From assembly GCF_034113385.1 (NCBI RefSeq), contig NZ_JAXEXL010000014.1:42247-106246 (forward strand): a stretch of DNA of 64,000 bases, in the 5' to 3' direction. This document shows positions 8,775 to 18,351 of this stretch, one piece after another; the first letter of the stretch is position 1; each line of letters starts with the position of its first letter. Below the pieces are notes generated by a model. It saw only the letters and a program-made list of their open reading frames with translations. It was not told the origin of the DNA and searched no databases. Made by a program: the position numbers and the translations under genes. Source of the stretch: Atopobium sp. Its GTDB lineage: Bacteria; Actinomycetota; Coriobacteriia; Coriobacteriales; Atopobiaceae.

Positions 8775-9989
8775 TTACAAACCCATAGGTCTAGGTGGGC
8801 GGTTATCCTGCTGTTGGATGGGTGGGTCAGTAGGTACAGCAGACGTAGCGTCTGATGTGTTTTGAGCACGAGGCGCAGGGTCTTCAAGGCTTGAAAGATC
8901 ATAAAACCCTGTTGGCGGCACAGGGACCGAACGTGCCTGAGAAGGCGCGGGTGCACCAGTTCCAACAGAGCGAGCCATACCTGCCACCTGCGGCAGAGAA
9001 GAATCGAACTGAGCAAGCACTGCTTCTGTTGCCTGTTCAGCACTATTAACTGCAGCTACAAGTTCTGGGCTGGTTATTACCAACTCATTGCCATTCTGAT
9101 CGAGCGTTACTACATCAGAAAGCCAGCCACAATACGGTGTTGAGGTGCTCTTAAATATACGGAATGCGCTCACAACGAGCGGGATTTGCAGCACGATGAT
9201 AACCAGATAATATATGGCAACCATTACGCCCTCTTCACCGCTGGCAACATAACTTATTTCAACCGACTTGCTCACCAAGGCCCCACCGGACAACAAGATG
9301 AAATCCCATAAAAAGTGAATGAATGCAGAACCCCAAAAACTAACACGACGGATTGCCAATGCCGAGAAAAACAAACCTAAGATACCCGTTTGTATTACCT
9401 TAAGCACAAGCTGGGCAACATTAATGGCGGTAAGCTGCGTATTAGGTGTTACGTGCATAATGCCAAAGATGAGTGCCGCAATAAAAATGCCCGCATAAAA
9501 CCCTTTACGCGTTTTGCCAAAACGCGCAAGAAGCCCACCTAACACAATGCCGCGATACGTTGCTTCTTCGGAAATACCCACAAAGACACAAAAGATGAAT
9601 GTACGTGCTACAGAAGCAGGCCAGGTGCTAATGATTGTCTGTTCTCCAGTAAAGACAGCGATAAGAGAGAGCAGCAGCTGAAGAAGGGCCAAAACAATAA
9701 AGTACTTACTTTTGCTCAGGGTGTAGAGGATATCCTCTTTGCAAAAAGCAACAGCACGCTTGCCCCCCAGTAACATGAGAAGAAGCACACTCGCAAAAGA
9801 CGACACGCCAACAAGTAACATAGAAATCGTATCGACACTATCGCCGATATCAGGCACGCTTCTTGTAGCTAGTATTACAGCTATCGTATATACAACAACA
9901 ACGCCAAAACTCAAAGCTTGCAACAGCACAAAGACAAGTGTACAAAGCGTGAGCATAAAACGGCGATGCGGTTTTACAAAATAAGTCAT
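8775..9989 (-). CDS. CPBP (CAAX) family intramembrane glutamic endopeptidase with a Pro-rich C-terminal extension
   Basis: The protein is polytopic. Motif 1 is ISEEATYRG, motif 2 is FGIMHV and motif 3 is IHFLWDF. About 130 aa of low-complexity, Pro-rich tail follows. Confidence 0.8.
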   Translation of the reverse strand: MTYFVKPHRRFMLTLCTLVFVLLQALSFGVVVVYTIAVILATRSVPDIGDSVDTISMLLVGVSSFASVLLLMLLGGKRAVAFCKEDILYTLSKSKYFIVLALLQLLLSLIAVFTGEQTIISTWPASVARTFIFCVFVGISEEATYRGIVLGGLLARFGKTRKGFYAGIFIAALIFGIMHVTPNTQLTAINVAQLVLKVIQTGILGLFFSALAIRRVSFWGSAFIHFLWDFILLSGGALVSKSVEISYVASGEEGVMVAIYYLVIIVLQIPLVVSAFRIFKSTSTPYCGWLSDVVTLDQNGNELVITSPELVAAVNSAEQATEAVLAQFDSSLPQVAGMARSVGTGAPAPSQARSVPVPPTGFYDLSSLEDPAPRAQNTSDATSAVPTDPPIQQQDNRPPRPMGL

Positions 9990-10044
9990 AAGCCGTTGTC
10001 CTTATCGATTGCTCATGGTAATTCTTATTAAAATACCCTAGCTT

Positions 10045-11127
10045 TTATGGCACCGCAAAAAATCTATGAGCGTTATCCCACAAAGCCTGGTATGTTTGCT
10101 CACGCGTTGCCTTGCACGTATCCTGCTTAACCTGAGCAATGCAATCCACCGTATGCATAATCATGGACGTCTCACATTCCTGCCCACGCAAAGGAACAGG
10201 TGCCATATACGGAGAGTCTGTCTCGGATAGTATGAGGTGCAAGGGCATCATTGCAAGGGCCTCACGAATATCATTCGAGCGCTTAAAGGTACATGCGCCA
10301 CCAAACGCCGCATACACACCCTTGGCAATAAAGGGCTGCAACACGTCAGGTCCATCCGTATAGCAATGCAGCTCAACACCTTGTTTGGGTACGCCCACCT
10401 CTTCCAATGCTTCCAATACAAGCTCATGTGCAGCACTCGTATGTGGCTCATGAGCATTACGTACATGCAGCTCTACACAACGTTCGTACTCGTGGGCGAT
10501 ACACAATTGATCAAGCAAAACCTGTTTTTGAAGTTGGGCAGAAAGCTTGTTGTAAGGGCCAAAATCAATACCAATCTCTCCCACACCCACGCAGCGGGGA
10601 CTGCTGAGAAACGCCTCAAGTTTGGAGCGTGCTTGTTTTGGTGCATCCATATATGCCTGCGCAGAGTACGGATGAGCACCCGCAACCATATAGATGCTCT
10701 CCAACAAGGGTGGCGTGTTTTCATACCCTTTCACCTCTGGGATAACAAGGCCTTCTTGCGCACATAGGTCCAAAAGCTCATGTGCCTCTTCTATCTGCGC
10801 ATCAATCCAAGCGCTGCAATCCGCTACCGTAACAAACTTGCGTGGGATTTCATCCACGTGGTCTAGCGGAACAACCAACAGGCGTACTCCTGCCAAAGCG
10901 GCACGTGCAAGTGCTGCAGCAGCAGTGGTTTCTCGATAGCTTGTTATATGTCCATGCGTATCTGCCACAGGAGCCAAAGGACAAGCAGCAGGAGCAGGAT
11001 GCTGCTTCTTGTCAAAGAATAGCGTTCCCTCTTGAATGCCTAAAGCAGCTGCAACACCCTGCGTACGAATAGCAGTATGCAAGACCTCTTTTTGAGAAGC
11101 CCAGCGTTCTTGAATCTGCGTTGTCAT
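10045..11127 (-). CDS. TatD family metal-dependent hydrolase (DNase) with an N-terminal extension
   Basis: The metal ligand motifs ADTHGH, GEIGIDF, LHVRNAH, ELHCY and SETDSPY are present. Confidence 0.85.
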   Translation of the reverse strand: MTTQIQERWASQKEVLHTAIRTQGVAAALGIQEGTLFFDKKQHPAPAACPLAPVADTHGHITSYRETTAAAALARAALAGVRLLVVPLDHVDEIPRKFVTVADCSAWIDAQIEEAHELLDLCAQEGLVIPEVKGYENTPPLLESIYMVAGAHPYSAQAYMDAPKQARSKLEAFLSSPRCVGVGEIGIDFGPYNKLSAQLQKQVLLDQLCIAHEYERCVELHVRNAHEPHTSAAHELVLEALEEVGVPKQGVELHCYTDGPDVLQPFIAKGVYAAFGGACTFKRSNDIREALAMMPLHLILSETDSPYMAPVPLRGQECETSMIMHTVDCIAQVKQDTCKATREQTYQALWDNAHRFFAVP

Positions 11128-11136
11128 AAAGCTCCT

Positions 11137-12060
11137 TTACGCGCTGTGCTGATACTGTGCCAGCGCAAAAGCAAAAGCAATAAAGTCAGTGGTAGAAAGC
11201 GTTTCCGCACGAGCTGCAGGATTAATGCCACAAGCTGCACAAGCCGCATCAATGTCATCCTTTAAGAAACCCGATGAGCTCAATGAATTGCGCAAAGTCT
11301 TACGGCGTTGTGCAAAGGCACCATCAATAACCTGAGCTACTTGTTCAAGTTCTTTTTGCGTAAGCGGTGCTTGCGTTTCTGGGTGGAGTGCTGGCGTGCG
11401 GTCTATACGCACAACCGCAGAAGTAACATGAGGTGGTGGAAAGAAGTTACTAGGGCCAACCTCAAATCTACCTGTAACTGCGCCATACAATGACAGTTTT
11501 GCTGTATAGGCACCATAGGCTTTGGTGCCAGGAACAGCAGCTATGCGATCTGCTACTTCCGCTTGCACCATAACCACAGCACGAGCAAGAGTAGGAATCT
11601 GCTGGAAAAACTTAAGCAGCACCGTTGCAGCAACTTGATACGGCAAGTTTGCCACAAATATATTGGGCATGATGGATAAAGCATTTGCCTGGTTGCCCAG
11701 TATGGGTGCCAAGGCTTCTGCAAGCATGGGTTGCTCTACCTTAAGAGCATCACCTTGTACCAAGGCAAACCTCTCTTGATGCTGTGCAAGTGTGGACGCA
11801 TATACCTGCGGAAGCTCTGGATCTGCCTCTATGGAACACACAGCTTGAGCACGAGGAAGCAGCGCTGCGGTAAGCGTACCAATGCCAGGGCCAACCTCAA
11901 GTACAATGCTTGAGCTTGCATCCAGCTCCGCCAGTTCACAAATGTGGCCAATGACGTGGTCATTTACAAGAAAGTTCTGACCAAGGCGCTTCTTTGTGGC
12001 AAGGCCAAACTCTTCCAAAACAGCACGTGTTGCACTTGGTGTTGCAAGAGGCGAATACAC
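11137..12060 (-). CDS. rsmA: 16S rRNA (adenine1518/1519-N6)-dimethyltransferase
   Basis: KKRLGQNFL, the SAM motif VLEVGPGIGTLT and the NLPY motif are present. Confidence 0.92.
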   Translation of the reverse strand: MYSPLATPSATRAVLEEFGLATKKRLGQNFLVNDHVIGHICELAELDASSSIVLEVGPGIGTLTAALLPRAQAVCSIEADPELPQVYASTLAQHQERFALVQGDALKVEQPMLAEALAPILGNQANALSIMPNIFVANLPYQVAATVLLKFFQQIPTLARAVVMVQAEVADRIAAVPGTKAYGAYTAKLSLYGAVTGRFEVGPSNFFPPPHVTSAVVRIDRTPALHPETQAPLTQKELEQVAQVIDGAFAQRRKTLRNSLSSSGFLKDDIDAACAACGINPAARAETLSTTDFIAFAFALAQYQHSA

Positions 12061-12063
12061 AAG

Positions 12064-13671
12064 CTACTCCTTTTTGGCAGCAAGCCGAGGGAAGAGCGCA
12101 TCACCCTTGGTTACTGCAACATGAGCTGCAATACCACCCCACACACATGCTTGAGAAAGATTGTCACACGCAATCTGGTCTTCAAGACTCATGCGACGCA
12201 GAACCTCTGCCGAGGTAGTAGGCATAAACGGCGTAAACAGCAGGGCGCTTATACGAATAGCTTCCAAAAGATCAGCAATGATGTTGCGCAGTTCCTCTGC
12301 ACGCGCTGCATCCTTAGCAACATTCCAGGGAGCACTATCTTCAATAAAGTGATTAGCTGCATGAATAAGCTTCATGACAACGTCCTTTGCCCCAACGTAA
12401 TCCAGCTGTTCCATACAAGCGCAGTACTGATCCACCAAACCAGTTGCTGTTGTGCGCAACGTACCTGTATGGTCCAGCCATCCATCAAGATTGGGAGTAG
12501 CGCCACCAAAATATTTTGCGCTCATGTTAAGGGTGCGAGACACCAAATTACCCCAGCTATTTGCCAAGTCAGCGTTATATACCTGCTCCATACGCTCAAA
12601 GCTAATGGCACAGTCTTCACCATGAGAAACATCAGTCATGAAGTAGTAGCGATACCCCTCAATACCCAACAGGTCAATCACATCGGAAGGAGCAATGGCA
12701 TTGCCACGGCTCTTGGACATCTTTTCTGCCGCACCAGTCTGAGGGTTGCGCACGGTAAGAAAACCGTGGGCAAATACATGCTCTGGCAAAGAGACACCAA
12801 TTGCCATGAGCATAGCAGGCCAAATGACGCAATGAAAACGAATAATATCCTTGCCTACCAGATGGTATTGAGCAGGCCAAAAGCGTGCCAACTGAGCATG
12901 AGCTTCATCGTCCTTTGTGCCATAACCAACCGCAGTCATGTAGTTAAGCAGCGCGTCAAACCAGACGTAGGTAACATGTTTGGTATCAAAGGGAACAGGA
13001 ATACCCCAGTCAAAACTCGTGCGAGAAACGGAAAGGTCCTGCAGACCACCCTCTACAAAACTACGAACCTCGTTCATGCGAAATGCGGGCTGTATAAAAT
13101 CAGGATGCTCCTCAAACAACGCAAGTAAAGGCTTTTGAAATGCAGAGAGCTTAAAGAAGTAGGACTCCTCCTGCACTCGCTCCAAGGGACGACCACAATC
13201 TGGACAAAGATGCTGGCCTATGGTGTTGTGTTCTTCATCAGATTTACGGACTTGATTCTCGGTAAAATAGGTCTCATCAGGAACACAATACCAACCATCA
13301 TAGCTACCTTTATACAGATAGCCCGACTCCTGCATCTTATTCCAAAGATGCTGAACTGCTTTGAACTGACGGCTATCCGTAGTACGGATAAAGTCATCAT
13401 TGGAAACCTCTAACTGTTCCCATAAACCCTGAAACAGGGGAACTTGGCTGTCACACCATTCCTGAGGCGACAGGCCATGGTTAGCCGCCGCTTCTGCAAC
13501 CTTTTGACCATGCTCGTCCATACCCGTCAAAAACTTAACGTCATACCCCATTGCACGACGATAGCGCGCTTGCACATCTGCAAGAAGCGTGCAGTATGCA
13601 GTCCCTAGATGAGGCGCAGCATTTACATAGTAGATGGGCGTAGTGATGTAAAAAGGCTTTTTATCTGCCAT
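12064..13671 (-). CDS. metG: Methionine--tRNA ligase
   Basis: The protein starts PFYITTPIYYVNAAPHLGTAY (HIGH-type motif). It also has KMSKSRGN and a zinc knuckle, CPDCGRP. Confidence 0.95.
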   Translation of the reverse strand: MADKKPFYITTPIYYVNAAPHLGTAYCTLLADVQARYRRAMGYDVKFLTGMDEHGQKVAEAAANHGLSPQEWCDSQVPLFQGLWEQLEVSNDDFIRTTDSRQFKAVQHLWNKMQESGYLYKGSYDGWYCVPDETYFTENQVRKSDEEHNTIGQHLCPDCGRPLERVQEESYFFKLSAFQKPLLALFEEHPDFIQPAFRMNEVRSFVEGGLQDLSVSRTSFDWGIPVPFDTKHVTYVWFDALLNYMTAVGYGTKDDEAHAQLARFWPAQYHLVGKDIIRFHCVIWPAMLMAIGVSLPEHVFAHGFLTVRNPQTGAAEKMSKSRGNAIAPSDVIDLLGIEGYRYYFMTDVSHGEDCAISFERMEQVYNADLANSWGNLVSRTLNMSAKYFGGATPNLDGWLDHTGTLRTTATGLVDQYCACMEQLDYVGAKDVVMKLIHAANHFIEDSAPWNVAKDAARAEELRNIIADLLEAIRISALLFTPFMPTTSAEVLRRMSLEDQIACDNLSQACVWGGIAAHVAVTKGDALFPRLAAKKE

Positions 13672-13719
13672 AACGTAAGTCTCCTAATGACGGATTTGGC
13701 ATGGATAGACGCAAGGTAA

Positions 13720-14649
13720 TTATTGCAAGTTCTGATTGTACTGCACGATGAGGTCATACGCTTCAGAACGTGGAACACCAAATTGTTTGGAAAGGCTCTT
13801 TGCAAGCGCGGATTTTGTCTGGCCTGCTTCCACACCTTGTGCAAGTGCCTCTTGGAGCGTGACAGGAGCATCTGAGGCTCCTGCAGACTCTGCTTGCAGC
13901 TGAGAAAGCTCTTGTGCCGAGGGTTGTGCAATCACAATAACGCACTCCCCACGCAGATTTTCTCGCCGAGCAATACATTGAGCAAGCTCAGGCGCTGGAG
14001 CACGAACCACCTCTTCGTGCACCTTAGTAAGCTCGCGTACTAAAGCTACCTGACGCTGGGGAAACACCTCTGCAATAACCGCAAGGGTAGCTGCCACACG
14101 ATGCGGAGATTCATACAGCACCAAAGCACCCGGAATAGATGACAATGCGGTAAGACGCCTGGATTGTTCACGTGCTTTCCGAGCGAGAAACCCTTCAAAA
14201 AAGAAGTGGTCCATGGCAAAGCCCGAGGCTACCAAAGCACAAATAACAGCAGAGGGACCTGGAATTACTTCAACTTTAAGCTGAGCATCCAGGGCAGCAT
14301 CTACCAAATACTGACCCGGATCAGAGACACCAGGCATGCCGGCATCAGAAACAAAAGCGATGCGTTGACCTGCATACAAACGCTCAAGAACCGACTGCGT
14401 ACGAGAAACCATGACGTTATCATCGCACCGTTCCAGCGGCACATGAATATCAAAGCGGCTCATAAGCTTGGCGGTAACACGCGTATCTTCACACAGTACT
14501 ACATCGGCATCTTTAAGCGTCTGAATGACACGCGGCGAGGCGTCCGACAAATTGCCAATGGGCGTCCCTACAATAGATAAGATACCTCTGTCAGAGTGAT
14601 GAGGCTGCTGCTTGTTGTGCTCTGCTTGAAGCATGGATTGACCTGTCAT
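13720..14649 (-). CDS. rsmI: 16S rRNA (cytidine1402-2'-O)-methyltransferase
   Basis: LSIVGTPIGNLSDASPR, VVLCEDTR and LYESPHR motifs of the tetrapyrrole-methylase-fold RsmI are present. Confidence 0.9.
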   Translation of the reverse strand: MTGQSMLQAEHNKQQPHHSDRGILSIVGTPIGNLSDASPRVIQTLKDADVVLCEDTRVTAKLMSRFDIHVPLERCDDNVMVSRTQSVLERLYAGQRIAFVSDAGMPGVSDPGQYLVDAALDAQLKVEVIPGPSAVICALVASGFAMDHFFFEGFLARKAREQSRRLTALSSIPGALVLYESPHRVAATLAVIAEVFPQRQVALVRELTKVHEEVVRAPAPELAQCIARRENLRGECVIVIAQPSAQELSQLQAESAGASDAPVTLQEALAQGVEAGQTKSALAKSLSKQFGVPRSEAYDLIVQYNQNLQ

Positions 14650-14658
14650 GCCGCAACC

Positions 14659-15702
14659 CTAACGAAGCATGTCACGCTCAAAGTTGGATAGTGCAATGCG
14701 CGCATCCCAACCGGGCAATCTATTGGATGTCTTCCATGTTTGGAAAAACCATGCAGGACAAACAGATAACAAGCTCATTTGCTGGGCAACAAAGAGGCGC
14801 TCACGCGCAATGCGCCCCTCAATAGTAGTTGTTTTACCTGGCATAGAAAGAGCGGCGGACCACTCACCTACCATAACGGGCAAGCCGCTCGTACGTGCTT
14901 GCGCAAGTGCCTCCCTGCTAGCGCTCAAAAGCTGCTGGGCATTTGTTCCACCTGCCGAGAGAGGCATGGAGGTTGGACGATACAGATGGGTATCTAGCCA
15001 AACATTCTCGTAACGACTGGATGCCATAAAATGCTTCCAGTTGCTATGACGTCCGGCATCAGAAAAAACAATAACGGGCCCATTACCAGCACATCTACGA
15101 ATTTCTGCATACGCATCACGATAAAGATTACGAAGATGCGATAAAGGCATACCTGGCTCCACGTTTAAGCCACGGCGGCGCATGGTCACCACCTCATCTA
15201 AAGGCTCAATGCCCAAAAAGGAGCTACGACCAACATAGCGCGCAGCAAGCATGCCCACAATTTCAAGCAATGCCTTACGACGAGCAGGAGTAAAGTCTGT
15301 CTTCATACGAAGCGCGTTACCGGTTTTCTCGGCACCGGGAGCCAGCACAATAGTGATAAGGATTTTAATATCTGATGCCTCTGCCCATTCAAAGGCCTTA
15401 TCCACATACTCGATTGAAGCCGTATGAAAACCAGGCAATGGCCCGTCTTCGCCAAACACATACCAAGGCACCGGTAAGCGCACGGCATTATAGCCACGGG
15501 CGGCCATTTGTTTAAAATCAAACTCTGTAATAAAGCTTTCTACATGCGTATGCATAAGCTCAGCATATGCTTCACTACCCAGCTTGTTTGCCAAGGCAAT
15601 GGGATCAAGCGTTGAGGTTTTTGCAAAGAGCTCGGGGGTTACCCATGACTCAAGCATGAGCCAGCCATCAAGGTTTACGCCTTGCAGTGCTTTTTGCGTC
15701 AT
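14659..15702 (-). CDS. Glycoside hydrolase family 5-like (exo-beta-1,3-glucanase/cellulase type)
   Basis: GVNLDGWLMLESWVTPELF, YNAVRLPVPWY, GIEPLDE (acid/base region) and VGEWSAAL (nucleophile region) are present. No signal peptide is visible. Confidence 0.7.
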   Translation of the reverse strand: MTQKALQGVNLDGWLMLESWVTPELFAKTSTLDPIALANKLGSEAYAELMHTHVESFITEFDFKQMAARGYNAVRLPVPWYVFGEDGPLPGFHTASIEYVDKAFEWAEASDIKILITIVLAPGAEKTGNALRMKTDFTPARRKALLEIVGMLAARYVGRSSFLGIEPLDEVVTMRRRGLNVEPGMPLSHLRNLYRDAYAEIRRCAGNGPVIVFSDAGRHSNWKHFMASSRYENVWLDTHLYRPTSMPLSAGGTNAQQLLSASREALAQARTSGLPVMVGEWSAALSMPGKTTTIEGRIARERLFVAQQMSLLSVCPAWFFQTWKTSNRLPGWDARIALSNFERDMLR

Positions 15703-15760
15703 TGGTGCCTCCTTTGCATACGTACTAGCACTACCTTACTACAGTTTAATAAAGATATCG

Positions 15761-16183
15761 TTATGCACAGACATAGCTTGCACAATTTAAAGGCGTTTCA
15801 TACATGTCCACTTGCGAGACGGGCAAGCCTTTTTGCTTAAGCTGCTGAGCAAAGTAATAAGCTAGGTTTTCTGCCGTAGTGCGGAAAGGCAAGATGGTAA
15901 GCGAGAAGCCCTCGTCTACAAGACAGTCAAGCGTCTGTTGCTTAAGTGAGCCTTCTTCAATTAAGAAGGTGTGGTCAAGGCTTTCTGCCAGCGCACGAAC
16001 CTCTTTTTTAAAAACACCAAAGTCCACAACCATATCCTTCATGGTGCCCATTTGCTGTAAGTGCTCTTGTGCAAGGTACACAACTACACGCCAGCGATGA
16101 CCATGCAGATTCTCACACTTACCGTAGTAGTCTGTTAAAAAATGCGCTGAATCAAAAGCAGCCTCAGTTTTAAGTGCGTACAT
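15761..16183 (-). CDS. queD: 6-carboxy-5,6,7,8-tetrahydropterin synthase
   Basis: 140 aa. The zinc/catalytic motif is CENLHGHRW. The gene overlaps the 3' end of mnmA by 14 nt. Confidence 0.85.
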   Translation of the reverse strand: MYALKTEAAFDSAHFLTDYYGKCENLHGHRWRVVVYLAQEHLQQMGTMKDMVVDFGVFKKEVRALAESLDHTFLIEEGSLKQQTLDCLVDEGFSLTILPFRTTAENLAYYFAQQLKQKGLPVSQVDMYETPLNCASYVCA

Positions 16184-17234
16184 GATTCCCCTTTATAATG
16201 ATGCCGCCGCATACCACGCGATTGCCATCGTAAATAACAACAGACTGACCAGGCGCAATGGCGCGGATTGGCTCATCTGTGTGTACGTGAAAACTTTCCT
16301 GCCCCGTCTTGGTAATGGTTGCTGGATGGCGATACCCATGATAGGACACCACAGCATCCGCATGAATAACATCTTCCGAAACACCCGAAGGCCAGAGTGC
16401 CTGAACGGCATCAAAATCCTGGCTAAGCAACGCCTCTGTATCCCCCATCACTACCGTATTTGATACGGGGTCAATATCTACCACATACATGCGCTTACCA
16501 AGAGAAATATGTAGGCCCTTACGTTGACCAATCGTGTAATGAGCAATGCCTTTATGCCTACCTAATACGTTGCCATCCATATCTACAATATCACCCGCAC
16601 AAGAATTAAAACCCTCTTGGCGCTCAAGGAAGGCTGCATAATCTCCGTCAGGAACAAAGCAGATGTCTTGGCTATCATGCTTGTGAGCGTTATCAAAACC
16701 ACAGCGCTCTGCAATAGCGCGAACCTCATCTTTAGAGGCAATGTCACCCAAAGGAAGAAGCAAGTGTTCAAGCACTTCTGGCACTGCTGGATAGAGCACA
16801 TAGCTTTGATCTTTAAGAACATCTGCAGCTGCATATAGCTGCATAATGCCGTTCTCATCTTGCTGCGTGCGCGCGTAATGACCCGTTGCAATATACTCAC
16901 AGCCTAAAGCCTGAGCACGCTTCCATAACAGACCAAACTTGAGCCATCGATTGCACTGAATGCAGGGATTGGGCGTAGCACCTGCAGCATAGCCCTCTAC
17001 AAAACGTTTGATGACCTCTTGATCAAATTCACGCGTAAGATCAAACGTCAGATGAGGAATGCCCAGCTTAATGCAAACCGACTTTGCATCGATAGCATCT
17101 TCCAAACGACAGCAGGTGCTATTACGCGCAAGCATCATGGTGGCGCCTATGCACTCATGTCCTTGTTCAAGCAATAACTGAGCAGCAACCGAAGAATCTA
17201 CCCCGCCGCTCATTGCTACAAGAACCTTACTCAT
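16170..17234 (-). CDS. mnmA: tRNA-specific 2-thiouridylase
   Basis: The PP-loop is VAMSGGVDSSVAA. The motifs PNPCIQCNRWLKF, ATGHYAR and KDQSYVL are also present. Confidence 0.93.
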   Translation of the reverse strand: MSKVLVAMSGGVDSSVAAQLLLEQGHECIGATMMLARNSTCCRLEDAIDAKSVCIKLGIPHLTFDLTREFDQEVIKRFVEGYAAGATPNPCIQCNRWLKFGLLWKRAQALGCEYIATGHYARTQQDENGIMQLYAAADVLKDQSYVLYPAVPEVLEHLLLPLGDIASKDEVRAIAERCGFDNAHKHDSQDICFVPDGDYAAFLERQEGFNSCAGDIVDMDGNVLGRHKGIAHYTIGQRKGLHISLGKRMYVVDIDPVSNTVVMGDTEALLSQDFDAVQALWPSGVSEDVIHADAVVSYHGYRHPATITKTGQESFHVHTDEPIRAIAPGQSVVIYDGNRVVCGGIIIKGNHVRT

Positions 17235-17255
17235 ACCTCAAACCTCGCAACCTGC

Positions 17256-18308
17256 CTATACCATCGTCATTGAGACGCACAACGCATCCTCTTTAAACTC
17301 CACTGTGCCCAAACTGCCACAAACCAAAGGCATCATAGGAGGAAGATGCCCAATATCTGCATTAAGAATAACGGGAACCGTGTTGTTTATTTCTGCACAT
17401 GCCGATAAAACCGCCTGCTCTTGCGTAAGACCAAATGCTTGATCATGCTTGCGAAAAGGACGACCAAAAACAAATGCTTGAGCCTGAGAAAACCAACCAG
17501 CCTCTGCCAGTTGCCAAAGCGCTCTGCGCACTTGTATGGGACCTAAATCACAAGCCTCTAAAAACCAAATAACGCCATCAGAAGCATACCGTTCATTAAA
17601 CTGAGCCACATGATCAAAGCGCGTTCCACACAGATTGATAAGAACATCAAGGCAGCCACCAAGCAAACGACCTTGAGCGCGCAGCGTACGCGCAGGCGCA
17701 CCACTCACAAAGCCAGCTATATCTGACGGCTCTGTTGTGTTGTACGGCACAAGCGGATGCTGCTCGTCCTTACGTGAGCACAACTCCCAGCTGTCATATG
17801 AATGCACCGATAAGGTTTGACCTGCTTGAGCAGTTGTTAACAGCTGCCAAGCATCTTTGAGCGCTGGATGCCATGGCTGCATACCAAAGCTCGAGACACA
17901 GGGAGCATACAAAAAAGCAACATCACACATTGTTGTAAGTAAAAACCCAAAATTGGTATTGTCGGAATATCCCATAAACCACTTGGGCTGAGCTGCGGCA
18001 AGCCTCTTAAAATCAAGATGAGACATAACCTCATTCATGAGCTCGCCGCCGCCTGCAGAAATAAGAACGTCATCTTCAGAGCCACCATAGGCATCCATAA
18101 GTTCTTGCGCACAGCGCTGCGGCGTAGAAGAAATACCTATGCCATCATTGGCACGAACACAACTCCATTCATGCACCGCATAGCCACGCCTCATAAACTC
18201 CTTGTATGCAGAGGCCGTCGCAGAAATATACGGCTCAATAGTAGCTCCAAAGGAAGGAGCTACTACGCCAATTGTTTGAGAGGGAGCAAGCCGGTGAGGA
18301 TACTGCAC
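17256..18308 (-). CDS. S66 family LD-carboxypeptidase (LdcA-like)
   Basis: The nucleophile region is FMGYSDNTNF and the C-terminal catalytic His context is ADIGHLPP. Confidence 0.8.
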   Translation of the reverse strand: MQYPHRLAPSQTIGVVAPSFGATIEPYISATASAYKEFMRRGYAVHEWSCVRANDGIGISSTPQRCAQELMDAYGGSEDDVLISAGGGELMNEVMSHLDFKRLAAAQPKWFMGYSDNTNFGFLLTTMCDVAFLYAPCVSSFGMQPWHPALKDAWQLLTTAQAGQTLSVHSYDSWELCSRKDEQHPLVPYNTTEPSDIAGFVSGAPARTLRAQGRLLGGCLDVLINLCGTRFDHVAQFNERYASDGVIWFLEACDLGPIQVRRALWQLAEAGWFSQAQAFVFGRPFRKHDQAFGLTQEQAVLSACAEINNTVPVILNADIGHLPPMMPLVCGSLGTVEFKEDALCVSMTMV

Positions 18309-18351
18309 GCTATTCCTTATCTACGCTGTCTTTGGTACGTCCAAGCTACCC

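Noticed and set aside
11944-13128. 394-aa plus-strand ORF
   Set aside because: It lies entirely antisense to metG and rsmA, whose products carry unambiguous HIGH/KMSKS and KsgA motifs. Its translation is Cys/Arg/His-rich and low-complexity, which is typical of an antisense shadow ORF.
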